Assembly (NCBI GenBank): GCA_029262415.1
Contig: JAJCZL010000038.1
Location: 6,137-70,136 of the forward strand
Direction of reading: 5' to 3'
Length of the DNA: 64,000 bases
Origin: Deltaproteobacteria bacterium
Lineage (GTDB): Bacteria > Desulfobacterota > Binatia > UBA1149 > JAJCZL01
How positions within the stretch are numbered: position 1 is the first letter of the stretch; each line of letters opens with the position of its first letter. The notes beneath the pieces were generated by a model. The model saw only the letters and a list, made by a program, of their open reading frames with translations, made no database searches and was not told where the DNA came from. Positions 40,036-50,587 of the stretch are shown here, in pieces. The translations under genes and the position numbers were made by a program.

Positions 40036-42362
40036 CCGGTGCGGTAACGGTCGATCGCGTCTTCGCTAAGCGGTGCCGCGATCTCGTCGATGGTCAGTGT
40101 CTCGGTTCCGAGTTGCTCATCGACATGCCACTCGGGCGCGAACTCGACCGGCTCGCTGCCGTCTTTGAAGCATTCGATGAAACCGTCGAGGTCGGTAGCT
40201 CGGGCGCGCAGGCCGGATTCGGGGTCGATGTTCACGCAGCTGATGTCCTCGGGGACGGCGAAGTCTCGGACCTTCGTCCCTGCCAGCGCAGACTGCATGA
40301 AGTCGAGGAAGATCGGGGCGGCGACTCTGCCTCCTGTGCCCGATGCACCCAGGGTGCGGTCGTCGTCGTAGCCGACCCAAACGCCGGTAACCAGGTCCGG
40401 TGTGTATCCGATGAACCATGCATCGCGCTGTTCGTCGGTAGTGCCGGTCTTGCCGGCGACCGGACGGTTGAGCGGCCGCACACCTCTGCCGGTGCCGCGT
40501 TCGACGACACCCTGAAGCAAGCTTGTCATCAGGTAGGCGGTCTGCGGGCTGACCACTTCACGTGTCCGCGGGATCTTGTCGAGCATGACCCAACCGTTCG
40601 AGTCCTCGATGCGGCTGATCATGACCGGTTCAGTCCAGGTTCCGCCGTTGGCGAACACCGAGTAACCAGGGACGACTTCGCTGAGTTTGACCTCAGAGGT
40701 CCCCAGCCCGATCGACAGGTTTGCGCCGATCGGAGTTGAGAATCCGAACTGGCGAACGTAGTCGCGCACCTTGTCGGCGCCAAGATCCTGAACGATACGG
40801 ACGGTGACGACATTGCGCGATTTTTCGAGTGCCTTGCGCAGCGAGGTCGGGCCGTAAAAGCGGCGGCTGTAGTTCTGCGGCCGCCAGATCTTGTCGTGAT
40901 CGATGTACTGGATCGGCGCGTCGAGCAGGATGCTCGCCGGCGTGTAGCCGTTGTCGATTGCGGCTGAATAGACGAATGGCTTGAACGCCGAACCGGGTTG
41001 TCTTTTCGCCTGAAACGCGCGGTTGAATTGGCTGCGCTGGAAATCGTAGCCGCCGACCATCGCTTTGACGTGTCCGGTAGTGGGGTCCATCGCCAGCAGC
41101 GCCGCTTCGAGCTCGGGAACCTGAGAGAGCGTGAGACTGGTGGTTTCGCCGTTAACGTGAGCCTCGACGATGACGATATCGCCGACACTGAACTTCTTGC
41201 TTTTGATGCTCTCGTGCCACTCGAGCGACGAGATATCGAGTTCGGTGTGGAGCGGTCCGACGACGATCTCGATCTTGCGCGGCTCGGTCGCAGTTACGAT
41301 GGCTTCGTAGATTTCTTCGTCGTTTAGGTGCACGAGGTCGGGACGCTGCGCGTCGAGTTCCAAGCGCTCCTGTAGTTCGGTGCCTTCGAGCCTTGCTGCC
41401 GAGCCCCTGTAACCCAGCCTCATATCGACTGCGCGCACACCGCGGCGCACAGCAGTTTCAGCGGCCTCTTGCATCGAGAAGTCGATTCCGGTGTAGACGC
41501 GGAAACCTTGGTGGTAGGGGGCTTCCTTGCCGAAGTGCTCTTCGAGGTATTGGCGGACGTATTCGACGTAGTAGGTTCCCGGCTTTGCGACTTTGTGCGC
41601 ACGCGGCAGCACCGCCACGCCCGCGTCGAGTGCATCCATGTGTTCCTGGTCGGTGATGAAGCCCTCGTCGTGCATCCGCTTGAGTACGTAACGCTGGCGG
41701 GCAAGCGCGCCTTGTGGGTTACGCGTTGGCGAGTAGCGACTCGGTGCTTGTGGCAGTCCCGCGAGCAACGCCGCTTCGGGCAGGGTCAGCTCTCCCACCG
41801 TTTTCCCGAAGTAAGCGCGCGCCGCTGCGCCAACACCGTAGTTGCCGTCGCCTAGGTAGATCTCGTTGAGGTACAAGAACAGAATTTCGTTTTTGGTAAG
41901 TTCCTGTTCGAGACGGAGCGAAAGCATGATCTCTCGCAGCTTTCGTTTGTAGCTGCGTTCCGGCGTGAGCAGCAGCGCCTTGACGACCTGCTGGGTGATG
42001 GTGCTTCCGCCCTGCACGACGTCGCCGGCCAGAGTGTTGGCGACGAAGGCGCGGGCGATACTGCGGACGTCGATGCCGCGGTGGGAATAGAAGTCTGAAT
42101 CCTCAGCCGCGACGAACGCGTAACGGACCACGGGTGAGATGTCGTGGATCGGAGTCAAATAGCGTTTCTCGAAGAAGAACTCGCCGACCAGTTGGTTGCC
42201 GTCGGAATAAACACGCGTGGCCACCGGCGGCTTGTACTCAAGAAGACCGTCGATCGGAGGCAGTTGGCTCCAATACTGATCGTAAAGAGAAAAACAGGCC
42301 GCACCTATACCGCCCGCCGCGACCATCATCACGATCACCAAAATCCAGCTCAACCGCTTCAC
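40020..42362 (-). CDS. mrcA: Penicillin-binding protein 1A (class A)
   Basis: N-terminal TM, AAEDSDFYSH, GGSTITQQ, GSAFKP, SRN, KTGT. Confidence 0.93.
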   Translation of the reverse strand: MKRLSWILVIVMMVAAGGIGAACFSLYDQYWSQLPPIDGLLEYKPPVATRVYSDGNQLVGEFFFEKRYLTPIHDISPVVRYAFVAAEDSDFYSHRGIDVRSIARAFVANTLAGDVVQGGSTITQQVVKALLLTPERSYKRKLREIMLSLRLEQELTKNEILFLYLNEIYLGDGNYGVGAAARAYFGKTVGELTLPEAALLAGLPQAPSRYSPTRNPQGALARQRYVLKRMHDEGFITDQEHMDALDAGVAVLPRAHKVAKPGTYYVEYVRQYLEEHFGKEAPYHQGFRVYTGIDFSMQEAAETAVRRGVRAVDMRLGYRGSAARLEGTELQERLELDAQRPDLVHLNDEEIYEAIVTATEPRKIEIVVGPLHTELDISSLEWHESIKSKKFSVGDIVIVEAHVNGETTSLTLSQVPELEAALLAMDPTTGHVKAMVGGYDFQRSQFNRAFQAKRQPGSAFKPFVYSAAIDNGYTPASILLDAPIQYIDHDKIWRPQNYSRRFYGPTSLRKALEKSRNVVTVRIVQDLGADKVRDYVRQFGFSTPIGANLSIGLGTSEVKLSEVVPGYSVFANGGTWTEPVMISRIEDSNGWVMLDKIPRTREVVSPQTAYLMTSLLQGVVERGTGRGVRPLNRPVAGKTGTTDEQRDAWFIGYTPDLVTGVWVGYDDDRTLGASGTGGRVAAPIFLDFMQSALAGTKVRDFAVPEDISCVNIDPESGLRARATDLDGFIECFKDGSEPVEFAPEWHVDEQLGTETLTIDEIAAPLSEDAIDRYRTGQIFQ

Positions 42363-42530
42363 GGGTTCACCATATATAAACCACAGTCTCCAAAGCTATC
42401 GACGCCGACGCATCCCGTCAACAGTCGGTTGCGGACCTGGGTTGCCGTTGACTGCGGACAAGCTAGGTTTGGCCGGCGCGTGCTCGGGTGCGAAAAGCTC
42501 GCGCGTTGTGGGTCTGGTAGGGTGGGTCCG

Positions 42531-43721
42531 GTGGCAGTTAGAGGGAAAGTCGACTTTCTTGGTTTGGATAGCGAGTTTGCGAGTATACGCGACGACGCAT
42601 TGTCGCGTATTCACCAGGTGCTCGAAAGCCAGTCGTTCGTTCTCGGCGGGCAGACCGTCGAGCTGGAAACAGCCATCGCTGCTATCGCCGACGCGGCACA
42701 CGCGGTTGCGTGTTCGTCGGGCAGCGATGCTCTGTACTTGGCGCTGCTCGCGCTCGGGATCGGCGCCGGTGACGCGGTTGTGGTTCCGAGCTTTACCTTT
42801 TTTGCGACCGCCGGTGCCGTTGCGCGCGCGGGCGCGGTGCCGGTAATGGCCGACGTCGATACCGATACACTGAACATGGATGCGGCGTGTGTCGAAGCGG
42901 CTGTCGAACGCGAGTTCCGCCGCGGTGAGGGCGGCGCGTACACGCACACCCGATCCGGCGCGCGGTTGCGCGCGATCATTGCGGTGCATCTTTACGGTCG
43001 TGCCGCGCCGCTTGGCCCGTTGGCCGATACCGCGCGCGACCTCGGCTTGGCTTTGATTGAAGACGCGGCACAGGCACTTGGCGCACGCTCGCAGGCGGGC
43101 GCAGCCGGCGGCGTCGGTGACATCGGGTGCTTCTCGTTCTATCCGACCAAAAATCTCGGCGGCGCCGGTGACAGTGGAATGTTGACGACGCAGGACGATG
43201 CCTTGGCCGAACGCCTGCGTAGCCTGCGGGTGCACGGCGGTGCGTCGGGGAGTTACCGGCACGAAGAGGTCGGTATTAACGCGCGCATGTCGGAGATTCA
43301 GGCGGCTTATCTCAACGCCAAGTTGCCCTACCTAGAGGCTTGGACGCGTACCCGCAGGGCGGCGGCTGCGGCCTATCACGAGGGGCTCGCTGCGCTCGAG
43401 GCCGATACTGTCCTCACCTGCCTCCCTACGGCGGCCGGGCAAGAACACGTCTACCACCAGTTTGTAGTCAAGATCGGTGCGCGGCGTGAGCGCGCCCGTG
43501 TGATGCAGGTCCTTGCCGAACACGGGGTTGAGTCGCGCATCTTTTACCCGTTGCCATTGCACCTGCAGCCGTGCTTTGCCGGCCTCGGATATAGGAAGGG
43601 TGATTTACCCGTGAGTGAACGTGCCGCCGACGAGGTTGTGGCGTTGCCTATTGGGATCCATATCGACGCCGATTCGGTTACACGGGTGTGTGCCGCGATG
43701 TCCAAAGCGCTAGACGCCTGA
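42531..43721 (+). CDS. DegT/DnrJ/EryC1/StrS PLP aminotransferase
   Basis: SSGSDAL, TFFATA, IEDAAQ, SFYPTKNLG. Confidence 0.92.
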   Translation: MAVRGKVDFLGLDSEFASIRDDALSRIHQVLESQSFVLGGQTVELETAIAAIADAAHAVACSSGSDALYLALLALGIGAGDAVVVPSFTFFATAGAVARAGAVPVMADVDTDTLNMDAACVEAAVEREFRRGEGGAYTHTRSGARLRAIIAVHLYGRAAPLGPLADTARDLGLALIEDAAQALGARSQAGAAGGVGDIGCFSFYPTKNLGGAGDSGMLTTQDDALAERLRSLRVHGGASGSYRHEEVGINARMSEIQAAYLNAKLPYLEAWTRTRRAAAAAYHEGLAALEADTVLTCLPTAAGQEHVYHQFVVKIGARRERARVMQVLAEHGVESRIFYPLPLHLQPCFAGLGYRKGDLPVSERAADEVVALPIGIHIDADSVTRVCAAMSKALDA

Positions 43722-43728
43722 GGACCCG

Positions 43729-44541
43729 GTGGTTGCACGCGGCAGACGGACGAGAGTTGTTTCGGTCATCGCGATCGGTGGCACTGATCCGAGCGCCGGG
43801 GCCGGGGTTCAGGCCGACCTGCGTACTTTGCAGGCAATGGGGGTCGTGCCGCTGACGGTCGTCAGCGCCGTCACGGTTCAAGACGGCTTGGGAGTCAGCG
43901 CTGTCCAAGCGATGCCGACCGCGCTCATCCGCGCGCAACTCCGCACGATTGCGCGGCGCTTTGGCCCCGCAGCGCTCAAGTGCGGCCAGCTTCCCAATGC
44001 ATCGGTGGTGCGCGGTGTCGCCGCAGAGATTCGCACGATGAGCGGTATCCGCTTGGTGGTCGATCCCGTGGTTCGGGCGACCGGCGGCGGGGCTCTCGCG
44101 GTTGCTGGGACCGTTGCAGCGATACGTAAACACCTTTTTCCCCTTGCCACGGTGGTCACAGTGAACACCGAGGAGGCGGCGGTGTTGTGCGCGGGCTCGG
44201 TCACCAATGTCGCAGGCATGGAGGCGGCTGCTCGCGAGATCTCTGCCCAGGGAGCCGCTGCCGTCGTCGTTAAAGGGGGGCATCTGCGGCCGGGGGCGCG
44301 TGTGACCGACGTGGTCTGGGACGGTGAGCGCATGCGTCGCTTCTCAGCCCCGCGCCTGCGGCGCGGAAGCCTTCACGGCAGTGGTTGCGCGTTCGCATCC
44401 GCGCTCGCCGCAGGACTCGCCCTTGGCGAGACGTTGGAGCAGTCTGTGCGGCGCGCTCGTGCCCATGTGCTTGCGCTGATCGCGACCGGTCTGCCTATCG
44501 GTAGTGGTATTCTTTTGAGACCTCCTGCTCCTCGGGTATGA
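43729..44541 (+). CDS. thiD: Hydroxymethylpyrimidine/phosphomethylpyrimidine kinase
   Basis: GGTDPSAGAGVQADL, VDPV, VKGGH, HGSGC. Confidence 0.88.
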   Translation: MVARGRRTRVVSVIAIGGTDPSAGAGVQADLRTLQAMGVVPLTVVSAVTVQDGLGVSAVQAMPTALIRAQLRTIARRFGPAALKCGQLPNASVVRGVAAEIRTMSGIRLVVDPVVRATGGGALAVAGTVAAIRKHLFPLATVVTVNTEEAAVLCAGSVTNVAGMEAAAREISAQGAAAVVVKGGHLRPGARVTDVVWDGERMRRFSAPRLRRGSLHGSGCAFASALAAGLALGETLEQSVRRARAHVLALIATGLPIGSGILLRPPAPRV

Positions 44542-44628
44542 TCGGTCGCGCTATCTCGGGCCGCAAGCTCTCTCGTGCCGCCGTGGCCGGGGGTGTCACG
44601 CACCCGTATAGGAGTCGAAGGGGACCGA

Positions 44629-47040
44629 TTGAATTCCGACAAGCCGCAAAAGCCCGCTCAAGCCGGGCGTAACGCTCCGCTTCACCATCTCAAGTTGCTG
44701 GAAGATCTGGCCGTGCTCGCTGCGCGCGCGGATCATCCCCAAGAAGTTCTTGAAGCCGTCGTCAAGCGCATCGCCAAGTCGATGGATTACGACGTTTGTT
44801 CGCTTTACAGCTATGACCCCGCATCCGAGACCCTGAGGTTGGGGGCCACCCACGGGTTGCCGCCGCGCAGCATAGGTCGCATTAACATGCAGGCCAATGA
44901 GGGTCTTATCGGCCTGGTCGTCGAGAGCGGTGAGGCTGTGGCCGTCGAAGACGCGCTTTCCCATGAGCGTTTTAAGTTCTTCCCGGAACTTTCCGAAGAA
45001 AAATTCCACTCATTCCTCGGTGTTCCGGTCGGTCAAGGGAAATCGATGCTCGGCGTCCTCGCGGTACAGACACGCCGGCGCCGACGGTTCGCGCCGGAGG
45101 AGGAGAGTTTGTTGCGTACGGCGGCCGGTCAGGTGCGCTCGCTCATGCTCAACGCGCATTTGACCGAACGACTGCAGCGAGAGGAGAAAGAACGCGAACG
45201 TTTCCGCCGTGAGATGATCGAAGTAACGCGGAGGCTCGAAGCCTACGAGCCGAACGGAGAGTCGCGTAGTCAAGCCGAAGCCGAGGGCCGTATACGCTTT
45301 TCCGGGCTGGGCGCATCGCCGGGGTTTGGCAACGGGCGCGCCCATTGCGTCGTTGCGCAGACCGATTTCGCCGATATTGAGATTCTCGATGCCGACGACC
45401 CGGTACTCGAGACCCGCCGCTTCGAAGAAGCGATCGCGAAAGCGGTAGACGAGCTGGAGGGAACACGCAAGCGTATGCGTGAACTTGTGCCGGAAGTAGG
45501 CGGCGCGATCTACGAAGCACTCGGCCTGGTCTTAGACGATGAGTCGTTCATTAGGCGGGTTAAGCGGGGCATTTCTAACGGGCTCGCTGCGGAGTCGTCT
45601 CTCAAACGGGTTGTTCAGGAATACGCCGCCAAGTTCGCAGCCTTGCCGGACAGCTATCTGCGCGAACGAGCGGTCGACGTCCGCGATGTCGGGCGGCGCA
45701 TCCTACGGCATCTGCTTGGAGTAGTCGGAGAAGCGAAGATCGAGGTCGGCGACGACACCGTGCTGGTCGCGCAAGAGCTTACGCTGAGTGACCTCGCCAG
45801 TGTCGATACCGGCAAGCTGTGCGGGATCGTCGCCGGTGCCGGCGGCAACACGTCGCACGCGGCAATTTTGGCAAAATCGCTCGAGATCCCGACGGTTGTG
45901 GGCTGTGGCGACGTGATCGGTCAATGCCGCGAGGGTGACTTGATTATCGTTGACGGTAACACCGGCACCGTGTACCTGCGTCCGAACGAAGAGGTTTGGC
46001 TCGAGTACAAACGCCTGCACCAGGAGTACTCCGAGTTCCAGCGGGGCTTGGAGGACGTTCGTGATTTGCCGGGGACGACGACCGATGGTCATCAGGTAGC
46101 ACTGATGGCCAACATCGGCCTACTCGGTGAACTTGAACTTGCCGACCGCTACGGCGCTGAGGGCGTCGGCCTTTACCGTAGTGAGTTCCAGTTCCTCTCG
46201 TGCCGCGATTTTCCCAGCGAAGAAGAGCAGTACGCGTTTTACAAACGGGTCATCGACAAAATGGCGCCGCGCCCAGTCACGATTCGTACGCTCGATCTCG
46301 GCGCTGATAAGTACCCCGCGTACATGGGCGGACACAAAGAGGCCAACCCGTTTCTTGGTTGGCGTTCGATCCGGATCTCGTTGGATTTGGAGAACTTCTT
46401 TCACGAACAGCTACGTGCCATCCTCGTCGCGGCCGGCGAAGCGCCGCTCAGAATTCTCTTCCCGATGATCACCAGTCTTGAAGAGATTCGTCGCGTGCGC
46501 GAGATCTTTTCTGACTGCATGGGAGATCTCGTGGCCGAGGGAAAGGCGCCGACCGTCGATGTCGAGTTGGGCGCGATGATCGAGGTTCCCGCCGCAGTTC
46601 TGCGCGCCCCCCAGATCGTGCGCGAGGTCGACTTTGTCTCGATCGGAACCAACGACCTCATCCAGTACACGCTGGCCGTCGACCGCGACAACAGTAAGGT
46701 CGCACCGATGTACGAACCGTTGCATCCCGCTATTCTGGATTCTATCCGCCTCGTTGCCGAAGCTGCCCACGAGGCGGGGCGCAGGGTGGGCATGTGCGGT
46801 GAAATGGCCTCCAACCCGCTCTGTACGCTTTTTCTTGTCGGGATCGGGATGGACGAGCTGAGCATGGGCCCGCAGTATATCCCGGTCGTCAAGAAGCTCA
46901 TCCGCGCGGTCAGCTTTGAGGACGCGCGGGTGCTGTCGCAGGGGTTGCTGCGCTGCGACACAGTGCAAGAGGTCAAGGGGCTGATGTTTGATCGGCTCAG
47001 GGATCTCGGCCTTATCGAACTGATCGAGGCCTATAACTGA
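44629..47040 (+). CDS. ptsP: GAF-containing PEP-protein phosphotransferase (EI-Ntr)
   Basis: N-terminal GAF, TSHAAIL phospho-His, GVGLYRSE, NPFLGWR, SIGTNDL, MCGE. Confidence 0.94.
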   Translation: MNSDKPQKPAQAGRNAPLHHLKLLEDLAVLAARADHPQEVLEAVVKRIAKSMDYDVCSLYSYDPASETLRLGATHGLPPRSIGRINMQANEGLIGLVVESGEAVAVEDALSHERFKFFPELSEEKFHSFLGVPVGQGKSMLGVLAVQTRRRRRFAPEEESLLRTAAGQVRSLMLNAHLTERLQREEKERERFRREMIEVTRRLEAYEPNGESRSQAEAEGRIRFSGLGASPGFGNGRAHCVVAQTDFADIEILDADDPVLETRRFEEAIAKAVDELEGTRKRMRELVPEVGGAIYEALGLVLDDESFIRRVKRGISNGLAAESSLKRVVQEYAAKFAALPDSYLRERAVDVRDVGRRILRHLLGVVGEAKIEVGDDTVLVAQELTLSDLASVDTGKLCGIVAGAGGNTSHAAILAKSLEIPTVVGCGDVIGQCREGDLIIVDGNTGTVYLRPNEEVWLEYKRLHQEYSEFQRGLEDVRDLPGTTTDGHQVALMANIGLLGELELADRYGAEGVGLYRSEFQFLSCRDFPSEEEQYAFYKRVIDKMAPRPVTIRTLDLGADKYPAYMGGHKEANPFLGWRSIRISLDLENFFHEQLRAILVAAGEAPLRILFPMITSLEEIRRVREIFSDCMGDLVAEGKAPTVDVELGAMIEVPAAVLRAPQIVREVDFVSIGTNDLIQYTLAVDRDNSKVAPMYEPLHPAILDSIRLVAEAAHEAGRRVGMCGEMASNPLCTLFLVGIGMDELSMGPQYIPVVKKLIRAVSFEDARVLSQGLLRCDTVQEVKGLMFDRLRDLGLIELIEAYN

Positions 47041-47115
47041 ACTTTGGCAGGCTTGACACGCGGACCAAAAGCCCTAACCATGAGGGCAAATTCACTCCGA
47101 GGCAGGCGTTCGAAA

Positions 47116-47397
47116 ATGACGAAATCACAGTTAGTGGAGAAATTGGCGGTGTCTGCGGACCTGACGAAGCAGCAGTCCAATGAAGTTTTGGAGTCGCTTG
47201 TCAGGATCGTGGTCGAAGCGGTTAAACAGGGGGATCCGGTGAAAATCCCGGGGCTCGGCACGTTCAAGAAACGAGAGACCAAGGCGCGCCTTGGACGCAA
47301 CCCGCAGACCGGTGCGGAGATCCAGATCCCGGCCCGGACCAAGGCTGCGTTTACGGTCGCCAAGCAGTTCAAAGACGAAGTACTCGGCGCAGGCTGA
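47116..47397 (+). CDS. hup: HU-family DNA-binding protein
   Basis: MTKSQLV, GLGTF, GRNPQTG, IPA. Confidence 0.93.
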   Translation: MTKSQLVEKLAVSADLTKQQSNEVLESLVRIVVEAVKQGDPVKIPGLGTFKKRETKARLGRNPQTGAEIQIPARTKAAFTVAKQFKDEVLGAG

Positions 47398-47469
47398 GCA
47401 GCGGGCGTGGCCGGACACCGGGTCGCGCCTACTTCCGAGACATCAGCTCAAGCCGGTCGGGACCTCTGG

Positions 47470-50400
47470 CTATGAGGCCGCTGGGTCGGGTGCGACTTCG
47501 CTTCTCTTCCGCGATCCGCGACGGCTGCTGAGTTTTACCCCAAGTTCGTCGAACAGGCTGTAAAAAACTGGGACCACGAGCAAGGTCAGCATGGTCGACA
47601 GCGTCAGCCCGGCGAGTACCGCCACGCCGAGCGGTCGTCTGCTTTCGGCGCCGGCGCCGAAACCCACCGCTATAGGCAGGATGCCGAAGATCGTCGAGAT
47701 CGCCGTCATCAAGATCGGACGCAGCCGCGTGCGTCCGGACGCCATGATCGCCTCGCCTGCCTCGACACCTCGCCCGCGCAAGATGTTTACGTAGTCGATC
47801 AACAGGATCGAGTTCTTGGTCACGAGCCCCATAAGCATGATTATGCCGATGAAGCTGTACACGTTCAGTGTCATGCCGGCGAGGTAGAGTCCGGCCAACG
47901 CACCGACCATCGCCATCGGCAATGCGAGCATGATCGTGAACGGGTGGACGAAGCTTTCGAACTGTCCGGCAAGGACCAAGTAGATCGCGATCAGGGCGAG
48001 GATGAAGGTAAACGAGAGCCCACTGGTCCCCCGCGCAAACTCACGTGACTCGCCGGACAGGGCCGTCGTGAAACCTGCGGGCAGAACTTCTGCCGCGATC
48101 TCTCGCGCGGTGTCGATGGCGTGTCCGAGATCGAGGCCCTGGAGGTTTGCGCTGACCACGACCGAACGGCGTCGGTCGTAGTGGTGGACCGAGCTTGGGC
48201 CAACCGATTCTACGAGGTTGACGATGCCCTCGAGTTGCACCAGTTCGCCGGTCGCGGAGCGGACGTAGATGTCAGTGGCGTCGTTCGGGGTGAAACGGTC
48301 GCTTGGGTCGAGTTGTGCGATCACATCGTAAAGCTCGTTGCCACGTTTGAAGCTTGTCGCTGTGGCGCCCCCAAGGAGAACGCGTAGCGTATCGGCAATG
48401 TCGACGGCATCGATCCCCAACGCACCGGCTTTATTGCGGTCGATTCGCACGTTGAGCTGAGGCTTGTTGATCTGCAGATTGGTATCGACGTCGGAGAACC
48501 CTTCAGTCTCTTGCAGGCGCGTTTTGATTCGTGCGGCATAGTCCCCGAGCGCGGCGAGGTCGCTGGATTGCACGACGAATTCGAACGGCTTCGATGAACC
48601 GCCCCTTTGCATCGGGTTGAACTGCGTAAAAAAGATGTCGGCACCGGTCAGGCGGCGGGTCTTTTCTCGCAATTCAGGGATCATTTCCGATGTGCTTCGA
48701 CGCCGCAGCGGCCCCTTGGGGTGCAGGCGGACGAACATCAGGCCTTGGTTTACGCTGCCGCCCCGGAACGCCACCACTGAGAAGTAGGAGCGCACCTCCG
48801 CGGTCTCGCCTAGGATGTCTTCGACCGCCTGGTTGTGACGGTTCTGGTAAGCCAGCGTTGATCCCTCGGGGGTTTTCAACCACGCCTGCAAGTAGCCGCG
48901 ATCGTCGGTTGGCAGAAACTCTTTGCCCACCGCGTTGAACAGGAACCCGCTGGCGATGACGCTGAGTACAACGATGCCGACCATCAGGAGACGGTGGGTG
49001 AGGGCCCAGGCGAGCGCGACCTGGTAGTGATCGGAGAGACAATTTACCGCCGTATCGAAGCGCACTGCGAGCCGCGAGAGTGGGTTATTGTGCTTTGTGG
49101 TTGAGCCGACCACGAGGAATTTTGAGCACAGCATAGGCGTCAGCGTGAGCGCGACGAAACTCGACACGCTCACAGCCACGGCCACGGAAATTCCGAACTC
49201 GTAGAAGAAGCGCCCAACGATTCCGGAGATGAACGCGATTGGTACGAAGACGGCGACAAGCGTCAGCGTCGTCGAGATTACCGCGAACGCGATCTCGGAA
49301 CTCGCCTCCTGCGCGGCCTGGAGTCGCGGTGTCCCCTCTTCCATGTGGCGGTATATGTTTTCGAGCACGATGATCGCGTCGTCGACGACGACGCCGATCA
49401 CCAGTGTCAGCGCCATGAGGGTGAGGTTGTTGATGGTGAACCCGGCGAAGTACATTACGCCGAACGTGGTGATGATCGCGACCGGCATTGTCACGCTCGG
49501 GATCAGCGTGGAGCGCAAGCTTTGCAGGAACACGAAGATGACGATCAGGACCAGGAACCCCGCGATCACCAGCGTTTGCTTGACCTCGCGGACAGAGTCT
49601 TCGATGAAGCTGGACTGGTCAAAAGCTATCTGTAGTTGAAAGCCTTCGGGTAGTTCAGTCCTCATTTCGGCGGCTACGCGTTTGACCTCGGCCGCCACAA
49701 CGAGTGTGTTTGCGTCGGTCTGTTTGACGATGCCGAGCCCGGTCGTACGGTCGCCATTGAACCGGGCTAGCGTACGTTCGTTCGCGTAGCCGCGCCGCAC
49801 GACGGCGACGTCGCCTAAGCGTACAGGCTGATCATTACGAAACGTGACGATCAGATCGCTGAATTCTTCCGGCGTGCTGACCTCGCCCTCGGTCTTGACG
49901 ACGAACTCGCGCCAGGCGCCCTCGACACGTCCCGATGGGATTTCGACGTTCTGGGTGCGCAGGGCAGTGGTGACGTCGGTGACGGTCAACCCGTAGGCAG
50001 CGAGTCGATCACGGCTGATTTCCACGCGCATCGCTTCGCTGTTGTTGCCGCCGATCTGCACTCTACCGACACCGGGTATCGTCTGCAGACGTGGCTTGAG
50101 TATGTTGTCGGCGAGATTGGTGATCTCGAATATCGATCTCGTGGCCGAAGAAAGGCTGAGCCACATGATCGCACCCTCGTTGGCGTCGAGTTTCGCCACG
50201 CGTGGCTCTTCGGCGTCTTCGGGCAGTCTGCGGCGTACGCGAGCGACACGGTCGCGTACGTCTTGGGCGGCAGAGTCGATGTCGCGATCGAGTAAGAACT
50301 GGACGGTGATCGAGCTGGTTTGCTCGGTCGACTCTGAGCGGATGAAATCGACGCCTTCGACACCGTTGATCTCTTCTTCGAGGATCTCGGTGATCTCGGT

Positions 50401-50580
50401 CTCGACAACCTCGGGACTCGCACCGGGCAGTACAGTGCGGACCGAGACGATCGGGAACTCGACGTCCGGTACTTCGCGGACGGGGAGGCGCGAGTAGCCG
50501 ACCATCCCGAAAACAACCATCCCGATCGACATCACCGTCGCCAGGACGGGACGCTTCACGGATACGTTGGTCAGGAACAC
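47470..50580 (-). CDS. RND efflux permease (AcrB/MdtB-like)
   Basis: RPVLA, GVVVDDAIIVLENI, GLVTKNSIL, RLRPILMT. Confidence 0.95.
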   Translation of the reverse strand: MFLTNVSVKRPVLATVMSIGMVVFGMVGYSRLPVREVPDVEFPIVSVRTVLPGASPEVVETEITEILEEEINGVEGVDFIRSESTEQTSSITVQFLLDRDIDSAAQDVRDRVARVRRRLPEDAEEPRVAKLDANEGAIMWLSLSSATRSIFEITNLADNILKPRLQTIPGVGRVQIGGNNSEAMRVEISRDRLAAYGLTVTDVTTALRTQNVEIPSGRVEGAWREFVVKTEGEVSTPEEFSDLIVTFRNDQPVRLGDVAVVRRGYANERTLARFNGDRTTGLGIVKQTDANTLVVAAEVKRVAAEMRTELPEGFQLQIAFDQSSFIEDSVREVKQTLVIAGFLVLIVIFVFLQSLRSTLIPSVTMPVAIITTFGVMYFAGFTINNLTLMALTLVIGVVVDDAIIVLENIYRHMEEGTPRLQAAQEASSEIAFAVISTTLTLVAVFVPIAFISGIVGRFFYEFGISVAVAVSVSSFVALTLTPMLCSKFLVVGSTTKHNNPLSRLAVRFDTAVNCLSDHYQVALAWALTHRLLMVGIVVLSVIASGFLFNAVGKEFLPTDDRGYLQAWLKTPEGSTLAYQNRHNQAVEDILGETAEVRSYFSVVAFRGGSVNQGLMFVRLHPKGPLRRRSTSEMIPELREKTRRLTGADIFFTQFNPMQRGGSSKPFEFVVQSSDLAALGDYAARIKTRLQETEGFSDVDTNLQINKPQLNVRIDRNKAGALGIDAVDIADTLRVLLGGATATSFKRGNELYDVIAQLDPSDRFTPNDATDIYVRSATGELVQLEGIVNLVESVGPSSVHHYDRRRSVVVSANLQGLDLGHAIDTAREIAAEVLPAGFTTALSGESREFARGTSGLSFTFILALIAIYLVLAGQFESFVHPFTIMLALPMAMVGALAGLYLAGMTLNVYSFIGIIMLMGLVTKNSILLIDYVNILRGRGVEAGEAIMASGRTRLRPILMTAISTIFGILPIAVGFGAGAESRRPLGVAVLAGLTLSTMLTLLVVPVFYSLFDELGVKLSSRRGSRKRSEVAPDPAAS

Positions 50581-50587
50581 CGGCCGT

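Noticed and set aside
47053-47081. TTGACA upstream of the first HU gene as a promoter
   Set aside because: No convincing TAnnnT hexamer at 16-18 nt spacing, so it is not called.
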